A stretch of 64,000 bases of DNA, from positions 19,156 to 83,155 of the forward strand of contig JALTLO010000023.1 in NCBI GenBank assembly GCA_027001995.1, in the 5' to 3' direction. The notes beneath the pieces are model-generated. The model saw only the letters and a list, made by a program, of their open reading frames with translations. It was not told the DNA's origin and did not search any database. This DNA is from Planctomycetota bacterium. Its GTDB lineage: Bacteria; Planctomycetota; GCA-002687715; DRQF01. Every line of letters begins with the position of its first letter. The first letter of the stretch is position 1. A program made the position numbers and the translations under genes. Below, piece by piece: positions 18,221 through 27,305 of this stretch.

Positions 18221-20284
18221 ATGGCAGTGCCTATAGGAAGAGGCACTGAGAGGCGCAATCAAAATCTCAAGACGAACGGGGCTTACCCACCTGGTGTTCC
18301 CACCATGAACCTTTCCGCACTCTTGTCTTTGAGGGAAAAGGGCATCGACTTGAACAAGGTAGTTAGATTCGACATCACTTTACTTCTTTGCCTTTTGATA
18401 GGGGCCATGATTTTCTTCATGCCACTATTGGGTGGTGGCTTTGTTGCTGACGACTTCACGATTTTGCGCTTTGTCACTTATGGCGACCCAGCCCATGCAG
18501 ATACTGATCCGAAAGATTCAACTGCCGTATTGCGCTATTTCTTCGAGCCGACGAACCAGGAAACCCATGTCTATCGGCCGTTAGTGCTCCTATCCTTTCG
18601 TTTGAGCTACCAGCAATTCGGAACCAGCTCTTCTGGGTTCTTGATGACCAACCTACTGATTCATTTACTCAACGCCGTGATTGTGGCTCGTTTGCTACGA
18701 TTCCTCCCTCCAAACTCTCGAGCCATTTGGTTAGCGGCTATTGCCGTGTTCTTGTTTCATCCTTTGCAGGTGCAAGTTGTAACTTGGTCTGCAGCACGAT
18801 CAGACAGCCTCTCATTCTTCTTCGGATCACTGGCTCTTTTGCTCAAATTCTCACATCCCAAGCGCGCCCTTCTCCCGGCACTCCTCATACTTCTCGCTTT
18901 ACTTTGCAAGGAGTCCGCCATCGTTTGGGCAGCGGCGCTGATTTTTTTCGAAATTCCCACGAGAACCGGCGACAAGACAGATCGCTCTTGGGACATCGGT
19001 GCCAGGGGCAGGCGCCTCCTGCCACTCGCATCTGTTGTCAGCATCTATTTCATTTTGCGCTCGCAAGCGTTGAACTCCCTTGATACCCCGGCACTCTACA
19101 ATGGACTAGAACTGTCCGAACATCTGTCGCAAAAATCACTCAAGGGCATAGGGAAGTCCCTACTCTTTATTTTCTGCCCTGTCGTACACGAGGTCATCCC
19201 CAACAGCGCTGTCAATGCCCTTATTCACTTGACTCAACTCATCGCAAACATCACTCTCTTCCTAATCGGCGGTCGCGAACTCATGAGACGCGGGCTACGG
19301 GAAGCCCTCCTTTGGAGTGTACTACTCTTTTCAGCACTCCTCTCCTTGATAGTCGGAAACCCGTGCCCAGACTTCTTGCTTTCTCGGGCCTTCTATACCT
19401 CTATGCTTCTTGTCGCATGCCTCATAACTTTGGCCTACGGGGCCAAACCCCGAACAACGATGTTCCTGTCGCTGGCTTTGATCGCCACGTTCTTGCCAAG
19501 TTCCATCGTAATCAGGGACTGTTGGGTCAGAAATGGTGCCGAGGTGAAGGGCTATCAAGAGTCTTTGGATAACATCTTGGACGACTTGCCAACAACAAAT
19601 GTCAACAGGATCGTTGTACTCAATCCCATTGGGCCAGTTTCTTCAAGAGGCGGATTCGTGTTGGGCCAACCGCCTCCTACGGCATTCATGAGGCCATTTA
19701 TGAAGATGGACCTTTCATTCGTTTCTCTTGGACGGCAAGGCTCAGACAAAACGTACCCAGCAAGAGAGTTCGCCGCTGCATTTCCTCGCTCCGGTGAGAA
19801 ATCTATCGTGGTTCGCCTACGCTTAGACAGAGAGAAAAATGCGAATTTCTTCGAACTCGTACACGCCGATACCATCGTTGGCAAAGAACAATGGAAGGTT
19901 GAGCCGGTCGAACCCGGCTGGAATCAAGTGACTGTGATTAACATAGACCACGCAGAATTAGAAACTTTTGAATTCACAGTTCGGCACCAAGAAGAAGAGG
20001 GGCTTCGTTTCGTCGTCGCAATTCTCGATGGGTCTGGTCTCCTTTTCGAACTACCAGGGATCGTTGGAGAGATTCGCGTCGACGGTGACACTCAAACAAC
20101 ATCTTTGCAGGTGCCACCGATTCCTAAGAAGTACTTTGAGGGCATTCCCCCAGCCATTTCTCTTGGGTGGAGTGTAGAAGTTTCAAGGAAAGACGGAACA
20201 ATCATCGGAAGGAGCCCCACAAGTCCGATTCAAGTGAGGTTCGTGACTGAGGAATCCAAGGCAAAAGCAAATTCTGCCAAATGA
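18221..20284 (+). CDS. GT-C-like polytopic membrane protein of the TMTC/DUF1736 type (PMT_2-related) with a non-TPR C-terminal soluble domain
   Basis: N-terminal about 400 aa has more than 10 TM segments with the DUF1736-like motif LFHPLQVQVVTWSAARSDSL (compare HP..vE.V.W...R.D.L) and an early YRPL segment. A C-terminal domain of about 270 aa has no TPR repeats. Confidence 0.5.
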   Translation: MAVPIGRGTERRNQNLKTNGAYPPGVPTMNLSALLSLREKGIDLNKVVRFDITLLLCLLIGAMIFFMPLLGGGFVADDFTILRFVTYGDPAHADTDPKDSTAVLRYFFEPTNQETHVYRPLVLLSFRLSYQQFGTSSSGFLMTNLLIHLLNAVIVARLLRFLPPNSRAIWLAAIAVFLFHPLQVQVVTWSAARSDSLSFFFGSLALLLKFSHPKRALLPALLILLALLCKESAIVWAAALIFFEIPTRTGDKTDRSWDIGARGRRLLPLASVVSIYFILRSQALNSLDTPALYNGLELSEHLSQKSLKGIGKSLLFIFCPVVHEVIPNSAVNALIHLTQLIANITLFLIGGRELMRRGLREALLWSVLLFSALLSLIVGNPCPDFLLSRAFYTSMLLVACLITLAYGAKPRTTMFLSLALIATFLPSSIVIRDCWVRNGAEVKGYQESLDNILDDLPTTNVNRIVVLNPIGPVSSRGGFVLGQPPPTAFMRPFMKMDLSFVSLGRQGSDKTYPAREFAAAFPRSGEKSIVVRLRLDREKNANFFELVHADTIVGKEQWKVEPVEPGWNQVTVINIDHAELETFEFTVRHQEEEGLRFVVAILDGSGLLFELPGIVGEIRVDGDTQTTSLQVPPIPKKYFEGIPPAISLGWSVEVSRKDGTIIGRSPTSPIQVRFVTEESKAKANSAK

Positions 20285-20532
20285 AACATCTGCTCGCTGA
20301 ACCAAGCACCCCCCTGCCACCCCTTTGATCGCGAGAGCATTGCTGTCCATGGCTAGCACCGCAACGCCTCAATCGCTCCCTGCGGTCAGATCGCGGGAGG
20401 ACTTGCACCTTCAAGTCGGCAGTCATGCCGGGCACACTGAAAGAACGGATGGCTCGTGAAAGCCATCCGTAGTCACTTCAACATTTTTTGGCACAAGTGC
20501 CGGTCGGATGTTTCGTTGGCCTATCTTCGGCT

Positions 20533-20841
20533 TTAGCCGAGGAGTCCGCCTCCTTCTGTTAGGAAGCCTTCAGCCGCTTTCGTTGCACTCTCATGACTAT
20601 CCAACTGCCCACTTTCGAGCAGTTCTTTACCTCTTTGGATGGCTTTTGTGTCAACCTCAGGGGATTTGATGATCGTTTCGATATGTGCACGTACCCGTCC
20701 AAGTTGACTGGAATTCTCAAAGAGATCCTGCTTTCCAGCTGACTTGTTCGCCTTAGCTGAGGCACTTCCGCGACGGGAAGGATCCGAGCGCTCTTGTTGG
20801 GCTGCTCGGCTGATTTCCGCGCTGACATCTTTGATGTCCAT
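20533..20841 (-). CDS. flgM: anti-sigma-28 factor FlgM
   Basis: 102 aa. C-terminal LGRVRAHIETIIKSPEVDTKAIQRGKELLES parallels FlgM [30 protein letters not shown]. The disordered S/A/K-rich N-terminus is typical. Confidence 0.6.
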   Translation of the reverse strand: MDIKDVSAEISRAAQQERSDPSRRGSASAKANKSAGKQDLFENSSQLGRVRAHIETIIKSPEVDTKAIQRGKELLESGQLDSHESATKAAEGFLTEGGGLLG

Positions 20842-21168
20842 TGGAAGCTCCTTAAAAACCTGGACTTACGTCCGATACCTGGGTTTCCGACAAACCCTTC
20901 CATTCCATTTCCTTTGTTCTCTTAGGCAGAATCTGAAAGTCCTTAACCAAGAAAAGGAAAAAAACATGGGGCAATATAGGCAGAGGAAAGTGATTTTACT
21001 GTGCAGATGAGGCCATTCCGGTTTCAATAGGGCCTATCACCCAGCCTGAGTCGTGAACAAAGGGTCCGATGGCAAGAACATGATGTGTTCTTTGGCAAAG
21101 CCCCCAAATTGAACGACCAGCCCATTGCCAGTCAAGATGAACTCGAATTGCAGCAGGATGGAGAAGTT

Positions 21169-22179
21169 ATGTCTCGTATTTCGCTCATGGCCATGATCCT
21201 CATTGCCAGCATTGCATTGCTCGCCGCCCCCGCATCGGCCCAGCTCTTAAATCCCAGTTTCGACGCGAACGCTATTGGTACCCCTCAAGACTATGTCTTC
21301 AATGCCAATGGCGGTGGGTCCTTCATCTCATCGTTTGATCTTTCCATGCCCACCAACGGGACCCGCTTTGCGGTCATGACCGGTGGTAACAATGGCCCAG
21401 CAACTCCCCACTCGAATCCAGGCGGGGTTGGCACGGATGCCAGTGGCGCCGTCACCTTAAGTCAGACATTTTTCTTCGCTAGCCCGACGGACACCAACAT
21501 TGAGTTCGATTGCATCCTCTTGGGCAACGACATGGGTAATGCTGATTTCCTTGAGGTGAGCATCTCTGCCGGAGGCCAATCTTTGAATCTGGTTCACCTG
21601 GACACCATTGCTGATGTTGGACCTGGAGGTGCAAGCACCGTAACCGGCCTCATGACGTCCCCACTCACACATGTGTCTGTTGATGTGGGCGCTGCCTTCG
21701 TCGGAGCCAACATTGCCACGCCATTCACATTGACCATCCATTTGGGCAATTCCGGAGACAATTTGATTGCCCCACGAGGTCACATCGACAACTTCACCTT
21801 CTCCCCCGGAACTCCATTCGCCACCAACTCAGTGGGCTTTATCCCCATGGGTGGCTTCGTTCGCTTGAGCATTCGGACGGCTTTGCCATTCACGGAATAC
21901 TACACCTTGGTCAGCCATGACACCGCAGGGCCTAAGGGTATGGGGGCCTTTGGTGGTCTCTACTTGGACAATCAAACTATCGGCATTCTCACCTTGCCAG
22001 TGGGAACTCCCGGCCTCCACGACATCACCAATGCAGCCGGAGAGTTTGATGCCAATGTTTTCCTTGGCATTGCTCCAATTGGTTTTGTCTTTGACTACAT
22101 GCTGGCAGCTTTCTTGCCGGGAGGGATCGAAATTACCCCTGTGAAGCGAGGTGCTTGGGGTCAACAAGAAGACTTCTAA
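21169..22179 (+). CDS. hypothetical secreted protein
   Basis: Signal peptide MSRISLMAMILIASIALLAAPASAQ followed by a Gly/Thr/Asn-rich beta-type sequence. No family recognised. The listed ORF start at 21085 is probably upstream of the real start. Confidence 0.45.
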   Translation: MSRISLMAMILIASIALLAAPASAQLLNPSFDANAIGTPQDYVFNANGGGSFISSFDLSMPTNGTRFAVMTGGNNGPATPHSNPGGVGTDASGAVTLSQTFFFASPTDTNIEFDCILLGNDMGNADFLEVSISAGGQSLNLVHLDTIADVGPGGASTVTGLMTSPLTHVSVDVGAAFVGANIATPFTLTIHLGNSGDNLIAPRGHIDNFTFSPGTPFATNSVGFIPMGGFVRLSIRTALPFTEYYTLVSHDTAGPKGMGAFGGLYLDNQTIGILTLPVGTPGLHDITNAAGEFDANVFLGIAPIGFVFDYMLAAFLPGGIEITPVKRGAWGQQEDF

Positions 22180-22332
22180 GCCGATAGGATTCAGACTTGA
22201 AGCCCTCAGAATGGACCCGATGCTGGGCTCTGGACGGTCATCATCCATGACCTAAGGTTGTTCGTCTCAGGTGCATAACGTGCACAACCTCAAGAATGAG
22301 GCAGGCTAAGAGCCGATAGATGACGCAAGAAA

Positions 22333-22361
22333 GGGAGATGGCCAACCATCTCCCTTTTTTT
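22333..22361 (+). terminator. rho-independent terminator (gggagatgg-ccaa-ccatctccc followed by TTTTTTT)
   Basis: Perfect 9-bp stem, 4-nt loop and 7-T tract downstream of the 21169..22179 gene. Confidence 0.75.
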
Positions 22362-22464
22362 CGTAGATCATCAACAGGGCGGGCCAACGCGCCCAAGACA
22401 GATTCTTTGGCAATGGGCTGGAGCATGAAGAAGGGAGACTGATCAAAGATCAGTCTCCCTTAAG

Positions 22465-22550
22465 TGCCGCGAGCGAGATTCGAACTCGCACTCAGTTTAA
22501 CCTGAACTAGGCCCTCAACCTAGCGCGTCTGCCAGTTCCGCCACCGCGGC
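22465..22550 (-). tRNA. tRNA-Leu (anticodon GAG), type II with long variable arm, CCA not encoded
   Basis: The reverse complement reads GCCGCGG-TG-GCGGAACTGGCAGACGC-G-CTAGG-TTGAGGG-CCTAG-(long variable arm)-GCGAG-TTCGAAT-CTCGC-TCGCGGC-A. It has a 7-bp acceptor stem, a GTTCGAATC T-arm, and an anticodon loop TTGAGGG giving GAG. A palindrome at 22433..22459 immediately downstream on the minus strand could terminate it. Confidence 0.8.
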
Positions 22551-22615
22551 ATTGGTGATGCGAAGGGGATTATATGGTGACGAAGATGTCCTTCCAGACC
22601 AAAATGTCGTCTTCT

Positions 22616-24667
22616 TCAGTAATTTTCCTCTGCTGCCAAGGTCATGTGGATCCGAAACTCCGGCCCCTCCTGCCCCACATCAATGAAAAAGTAGGAAAAG
22701 ACATCGCGAAATTGGTTGAGATTGCGATCGATTTCTCGCCGGATGGTGGCAGGATTGCGTTCTTTCTGCGTCTCCCGAAGCCACTCCTTGTATTTCAGCT
22801 CAACCCATTCCTCTTGGGGGAAATTAGGTCGAGTTTGTCGCCAACGTGACTCTAAGCGCTGCCTCTGGGCAAACTTCTCGATCTCTTCGATTTTGCTGCG
22901 ATCCTCAACCCAGGCGGTTTTCGCTTGGTCCATGTGAGAATAGAGACGCTGCACGTCAATGAACATCAAATCCTTCGTCCCAGCGGTCATATGCTCCAAT
23001 TGGTATTCGATTTGGTTCAAAAGGGGCATCCCCGGACTCGTCTTTTCACCCACGGCGATCGCTTCTTGGAACAAGCGGACCCAATTGGTGACCACCAAAT
23101 AGTCGTCAATTATGGCGAATCCTGGATCATTATTTTCTGCGTCCTCCAAGAAGCTCTTCTTACTGACCCGCCAATAGTCAAAAGGTCCAGAGTCAAAGTA
23201 ATCGAATGGCTGCTTTAGGCCATCATCGATTTCTTGGATAAAAGCCCGGACGGCACTGTGATCGGCTATACGCAAAATGCAAGCAAAGCCAGATCCACCT
23301 CCTCCAGATCCTTCGGAGCGGATTTTTTTGAAGAACAAAAGCCCCATGCCTGGGTCGAAGAGGGTTCTCAGCTTGTCCACCAGAGGTTTGACGAACTCAG
23401 GGACGATGGAGCCGGGCTGTTTGTAGCGCTTAAAGCTCTCCAACTCCGCCAATCCCGCGAACAGTAACTCCCGCTGGTCTTGATCAACCATGGCTCTCTG
23501 ACCAAGAGCAAAAGAAAGGACGTCGGCGGGATGATTCCCCATGGCAGCGTAGCCAAAGACATGATGAGGCATGATGCTAAGAATACGATCGACTTGCTGG
23601 AAGACCTCATCTTCATCCAAGACATCACAGTCGCTAAAAACGTCTCCCCGAGAGCGAGGCTCGGCGGCAACGGCAAAGCGAAGGTCAGCTTGATCAGCAA
23701 AATCAAGCTGAACATAGGCATCCGAGCCCGAGAACATGGGAAACGCCTGCTCAAAAGAACGGGCAATAGCCCCGCCCCACATAGGAATCAAGATGTTCTT
23801 GTGTAAGCCCACTTTCTCCAGCAAGTATGATTTTCGCGCCATGACGTTCAAGGCGCTGCTCGACTTCGAGCTCCAAACCCAACGTGGGTCCATGCGTCTT
23901 TCCGGAATGACCGGCAAGCCAACAGTGCGGGCCTTCTTTACCAGACGAGACAATGCCGGGATGTTGCTGCCAACTAAGAGGACCTTTTCGACTCGAGCAA
24001 GCCCCAACTCTTGCTCACCCCCGTTGCCGTCGGGAAACACCAAGCGGACGCCCCAACCGAAATGCTCGATCTCCGAAACACCCAGGTCATCTTCGACGAA
24101 ACCACACAAGGACGGGGTGATGAGAGCGTTTGCGGCGATCAACGCCATGTCAGAGTGAGGTTGAATGGCCGCCACCATGGTGAAAGGATCACCTGCTTTC
24201 TTCGGTGCATACCCGGACACCACAATTTGATGCCCCGACAAGTCTCCAAGAGCACTGAGATCAAAAGGCAGCTCAGCGTCAATATCACGAAGAAAAGCAA
24301 AAGCCTCTCGCATCTTGGGGATAAGCTCGGTCTCAGCAACCAAGTCGCTTGCTAAGAACTGAGAGAAATTCTTGCTGCGATTGAGATGACTAATGAAGGG
24401 GCGATCCTCGATCCCCTTAATCAGCGTCGGCACGTCATTGGAATAGATGACCAAGTCTGCATCTTCGGTAACGAAAACCAAAAGGTCATCATATTCTTCG
24501 GCAAATGGATCATAGAGATTCGACTTGATCCAAATCAAAGCCATGGCGAGCAATAGGCCAAGAATAACGGCGATAATGACGCGCTTTCTGGATGCTCCGA
24601 ACTTTTCTAATAGGTCATTCATATTCGTTTGAGATTTTCTTTTCTGCACCAACCGAGCCGAAGACAC
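22616..24667 (-). CDS. hypothetical membrane-anchored protein (single N-terminal TM, large extracytoplasmic domain)
   Basis: 683 aa. TM at about residues 30-50. No recognisable catalytic motifs. Confidence 0.45.
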   Translation of the reverse strand: MSSARLVQKRKSQTNMNDLLEKFGASRKRVIIAVILGLLLAMALIWIKSNLYDPFAEEYDDLLVFVTEDADLVIYSNDVPTLIKGIEDRPFISHLNRSKNFSQFLASDLVAETELIPKMREAFAFLRDIDAELPFDLSALGDLSGHQIVVSGYAPKKAGDPFTMVAAIQPHSDMALIAANALITPSLCGFVEDDLGVSEIEHFGWGVRLVFPDGNGGEQELGLARVEKVLLVGSNIPALSRLVKKARTVGLPVIPERRMDPRWVWSSKSSSALNVMARKSYLLEKVGLHKNILIPMWGGAIARSFEQAFPMFSGSDAYVQLDFADQADLRFAVAAEPRSRGDVFSDCDVLDEDEVFQQVDRILSIMPHHVFGYAAMGNHPADVLSFALGQRAMVDQDQRELLFAGLAELESFKRYKQPGSIVPEFVKPLVDKLRTLFDPGMGLLFFKKIRSEGSGGGGSGFACILRIADHSAVRAFIQEIDDGLKQPFDYFDSGPFDYWRVSKKSFLEDAENNDPGFAIIDDYLVVTNWVRLFQEAIAVGEKTSPGMPLLNQIEYQLEHMTAGTKDLMFIDVQRLYSHMDQAKTAWVEDRSKIEEIEKFAQRQRLESRWRQTRPNFPQEEWVELKYKEWLRETQKERNPATIRREIDRNLNQFRDVFSYFFIDVGQEGPEFRIHMTLAAEENY

Positions 24668-24922
24668 CCCCTACGATATCATGCCAATGGGCCCGGCACT
24701 GCCCTGATACTGGGTTATTCGTCCGACGTTCGAAAAAGAACATACCCTGCCAACACGATTCACTTGGGGAAGTCTCCAGCACGGATGGCCTGCCTTCTCC
24801 TAGGGTTTCGTAGGTCCAGGTCTGGATCTTCGACGAAATGCCTGGGCAGCAATTGCGATTCACGGGCATTTCAACAGAAAAGGAATGGACAGCTTCAAGA
24901 TAAGAGTAGGGCTTAGCGGGGT

Positions 24923-25576
24923 TCAACGGGCTCCCGCATAGCGTTCTTGCAAGGCCTTAATCTCAACCATAACCCGCTCGCTCAGCAACTTAGAAGCTTC
25001 CTTGCGATCCGCGTCCTTCTTGGCTTCAGGTTCAATGGGCTCACCAAAGACCACCATGATGCGGCCGCATCGAGGAAAACCCGCCCGCCTCGGCAGAACA
25101 TCATAGGCGCCTAAAATGGCGACAGGGATAACAGGAACTCGGGCCCTTTGCATCAAAGACCCCACCCCAGCCATCCCTTCTTGGAGGACACCATCACTGG
25201 CGATGTGACCTTCAGGAAAAATGCCTACCAAGCCCCCTCGTTTCACAGCCTTCAAACAGTCTTTCATCGCCCCCACGGCTTTCGCCGAACTTGACAGGGG
25301 AATGACACGCCAGAACCGATAGAACCAACAGAACATGGGGTGATGGTAAAGAGTGCCGTCCATCATGAATGAGACATGACGAGGCACCAAGAGTTGAACA
25401 AGCATAGGGTCGAGGAAGCTCGTGTGATTGGGAGCCAAGATATATGGCCCCTCTAACTTGGGAACGTTGACCGCCCGCAAGCCAAAGAACACACCCAAGA
25501 ACAGACGTACAACAGCGCACATGGCACGTTGAACTTTCCATGTGCCTGCGCTCACAACGCCGATAGCTGTCACCAA
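24923..25576 (-). CDS. plsC: 1-acyl-sn-glycerol-3-phosphate acyltransferase
   Basis: HX4D acyltransferase motif (APNHTSFLDPML), a downstream FPEG motif (GIFPEGH), and an N-terminal hydrophobic anchor. 217 aa. Confidence 0.75.
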   Translation of the reverse strand: MVTAIGVVSAGTWKVQRAMCAVVRLFLGVFFGLRAVNVPKLEGPYILAPNHTSFLDPMLVQLLVPRHVSFMMDGTLYHHPMFCWFYRFWRVIPLSSSAKAVGAMKDCLKAVKRGGLVGIFPEGHIASDGVLQEGMAGVGSLMQRARVPVIPVAILGAYDVLPRRAGFPRCGRIMVVFGEPIEPEAKKDADRKEASKLLSERVMVEIKALQERYAGAR

Positions 25577-25594
25577 TTGACCTCGAGCTCGGGC

Positions 25595-26734
25595 TTAGTG
25601 GCCCAAACCCTTATCTTGACGTGCTAATTGCCCACCGCGAGAGAAACGGTATTGAATTGCCGCTACCTCGCGATTCTTGCGGAAACGGTACTTCAGCACC
25701 TTGGCTTCATCCGTATCGATTTCTGCCGCAAGTTGCTTGCAACAACGAGCGAAACGCCAAAATGCCCAACCAACGACTTCGTCCATTCCCTCTTGCCCAT
25801 CAAAAAGAGCAAAGGTTTTGGAGTACTCATACATGGCGTCTTTGAACTTGCCAGCAGCAAAGGCGCAATCCCCAAGGCCATTGGCGGCCCCAGCGAAGAG
25901 AAGGCTTTGAGTCTCGTAATTGGCTTTCTTGAAGAGTTCTTGGAACAAACTTTCTGCCGCTCCCACCTTCTTCTGGGCCAGAAGGATGTTACCTCGAAGC
26001 ACTTCGCATTGAAGACGTTGCGTCTCGCCTTTTGCCTTGGTGGAAACCGCCGCCTGGGCATTGGCGGCTTCGCTCATCTTGCCTGCACCTAAGAGCGCTT
26101 TGGCGGTACCGATGCCGGCCAGCACACGATACTCATTGCCGAAGCCGAGCTTGCTAGCCTTGGCATCCAAAGCAGCAAAAGCAGCTATGGCCTTATCGAA
26201 TTGACCGAAATCGTAGAGGTCTTGAGCCTCCCGCAGAATAACCTTGGGCAAGAAGTGGGTCTTGGGTGCCATCTTCAAGAGCGCTGCTTTATAGCCATCC
26301 GCCTCTTTCATGCGACCCAAGAAGCGAGACAGGCGCCAAGCATGATAGAGAGATGGCTCTTGGCACCATTGCTCTTTCTTCCGCAGCTTCTTGCCGTCCA
26401 TGGTCTTGCCAGCGATGATGTCGTCCAAAAGTGGCATGGCGCTGCGATAATTGCCTTCGGCAATCATGTCCCTGGCTGTGGAGAAGATCTCAGGTTGATT
26501 CTTATAAGACACGCTGATGAGAGAATCTGTGGGGATTGTACGCTTAGTCTTGCCCTTGAACTTGATGTCTCGGTAGGTCCATTCGGAGATCAGAGCCGAC
26601 TTAGCGACTTTTTCCGCACCCCGGGTGTTGATGTAAGTAATACTAGCTCGCTGTGCGTGAGCCATAACACTGAGAATCAGGGCGAGAAGAAGGCAGAAGC
26701 TCGTGCGTTTGATTGCGATCATGGTAATGCGCAT
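25595..26734 (-). CDS. secreted TPR-repeat protein
   Basis: Signal peptide followed by multiple Ala/Leu-rich 34-residue-type repeats. No catalytic motif. Confidence 0.45.
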   Translation of the reverse strand: MRITMIAIKRTSFCLLLALILSVMAHAQRASITYINTRGAEKVAKSALISEWTYRDIKFKGKTKRTIPTDSLISVSYKNQPEIFSTARDMIAEGNYRSAMPLLDDIIAGKTMDGKKLRKKEQWCQEPSLYHAWRLSRFLGRMKEADGYKAALLKMAPKTHFLPKVILREAQDLYDFGQFDKAIAAFAALDAKASKLGFGNEYRVLAGIGTAKALLGAGKMSEAANAQAAVSTKAKGETQRLQCEVLRGNILLAQKKVGAAESLFQELFKKANYETQSLLFAGAANGLGDCAFAAGKFKDAMYEYSKTFALFDGQEGMDEVVGWAFWRFARCCKQLAAEIDTDEAKVLKYRFRKNREVAAIQYRFSRGGQLARQDKGLGH

Positions 26735-27107
26735 GTCCTAATGATCTCCAGTGGGCTCGAACACCCATTTCCGAGGGGAAAGCTCCGTTCGAACGAAGCG
26801 ATCTCGATTCAAGGGATTTTCCCGGACTGTTCAGACCGGGAGGGAGGATAAGTTATGAATGAGTCCCCGGAGTGTCAAGCCACCTCCTGAGACCGAATCT
26901 TCACCACCGAGGGCTGTCATTTCTCAAATCAGCCCTCCATAGGACTGCTTGTTGACAGTTCGCCGATCCAAAGAGCATAAATCCCAAAGAATCACCACTT
27001 TGAGCCAGGAAAACACCGCCCAATCGGCTTTCTCCAACGGGAAGAGTCCCCAGAAGATCAAAGAAAGTCAGAAATAGGACCCCCATCAGGGCACAAAACA
27101 AAAGCCC

Positions 27108-27150
27108 AAAAAAAGTGATAGCGTCGAAGGCTTACGCCTCGACGCTATCC
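27108..27150 (-). terminator. rho-independent terminator downstream of gyrA (minus strand)
   Basis: Imperfect 14-bp stem gatagcgtcga(a)ggc/gcctcgacgctatc with loop ttac. On the minus strand it is followed by TTTTTTT (plus-strand aaaaaaa at 27108..27114). Confidence 0.5.
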
Positions 27151-27305
27151 ACGAGCCCTGTAGCACCTTTTTCCCACCTCTATAGGCAGAGAAAGGAGGA
27201 AAAACGGCGCAAATTCTCGCAGTTTTTCGAAATATCCTCTGGCTTCCGCCGATTGCATCTCCTCAACCTCTTGTTGAGAAATTACTTAAGAACGAAGGAG
27301 CTTTC

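Noticed and set aside
20445-20470. Hairpin acggatggct-cgtgaa-agccatccgt between the convergent GT-C gene and flgM, considered as a bidirectional terminator
   Set aside because: The stem is present, but the T-tract is 13 nt away on the plus side and weak on the minus side. Left uncalled as a feature.
20559-20903. Alternative 114-aa minus-strand frame overlapping flgM
   Set aside because: The 102-aa frame (20533..20841) carries the recognisable FlgM C-terminal helix motif. The overlapping frame has none.
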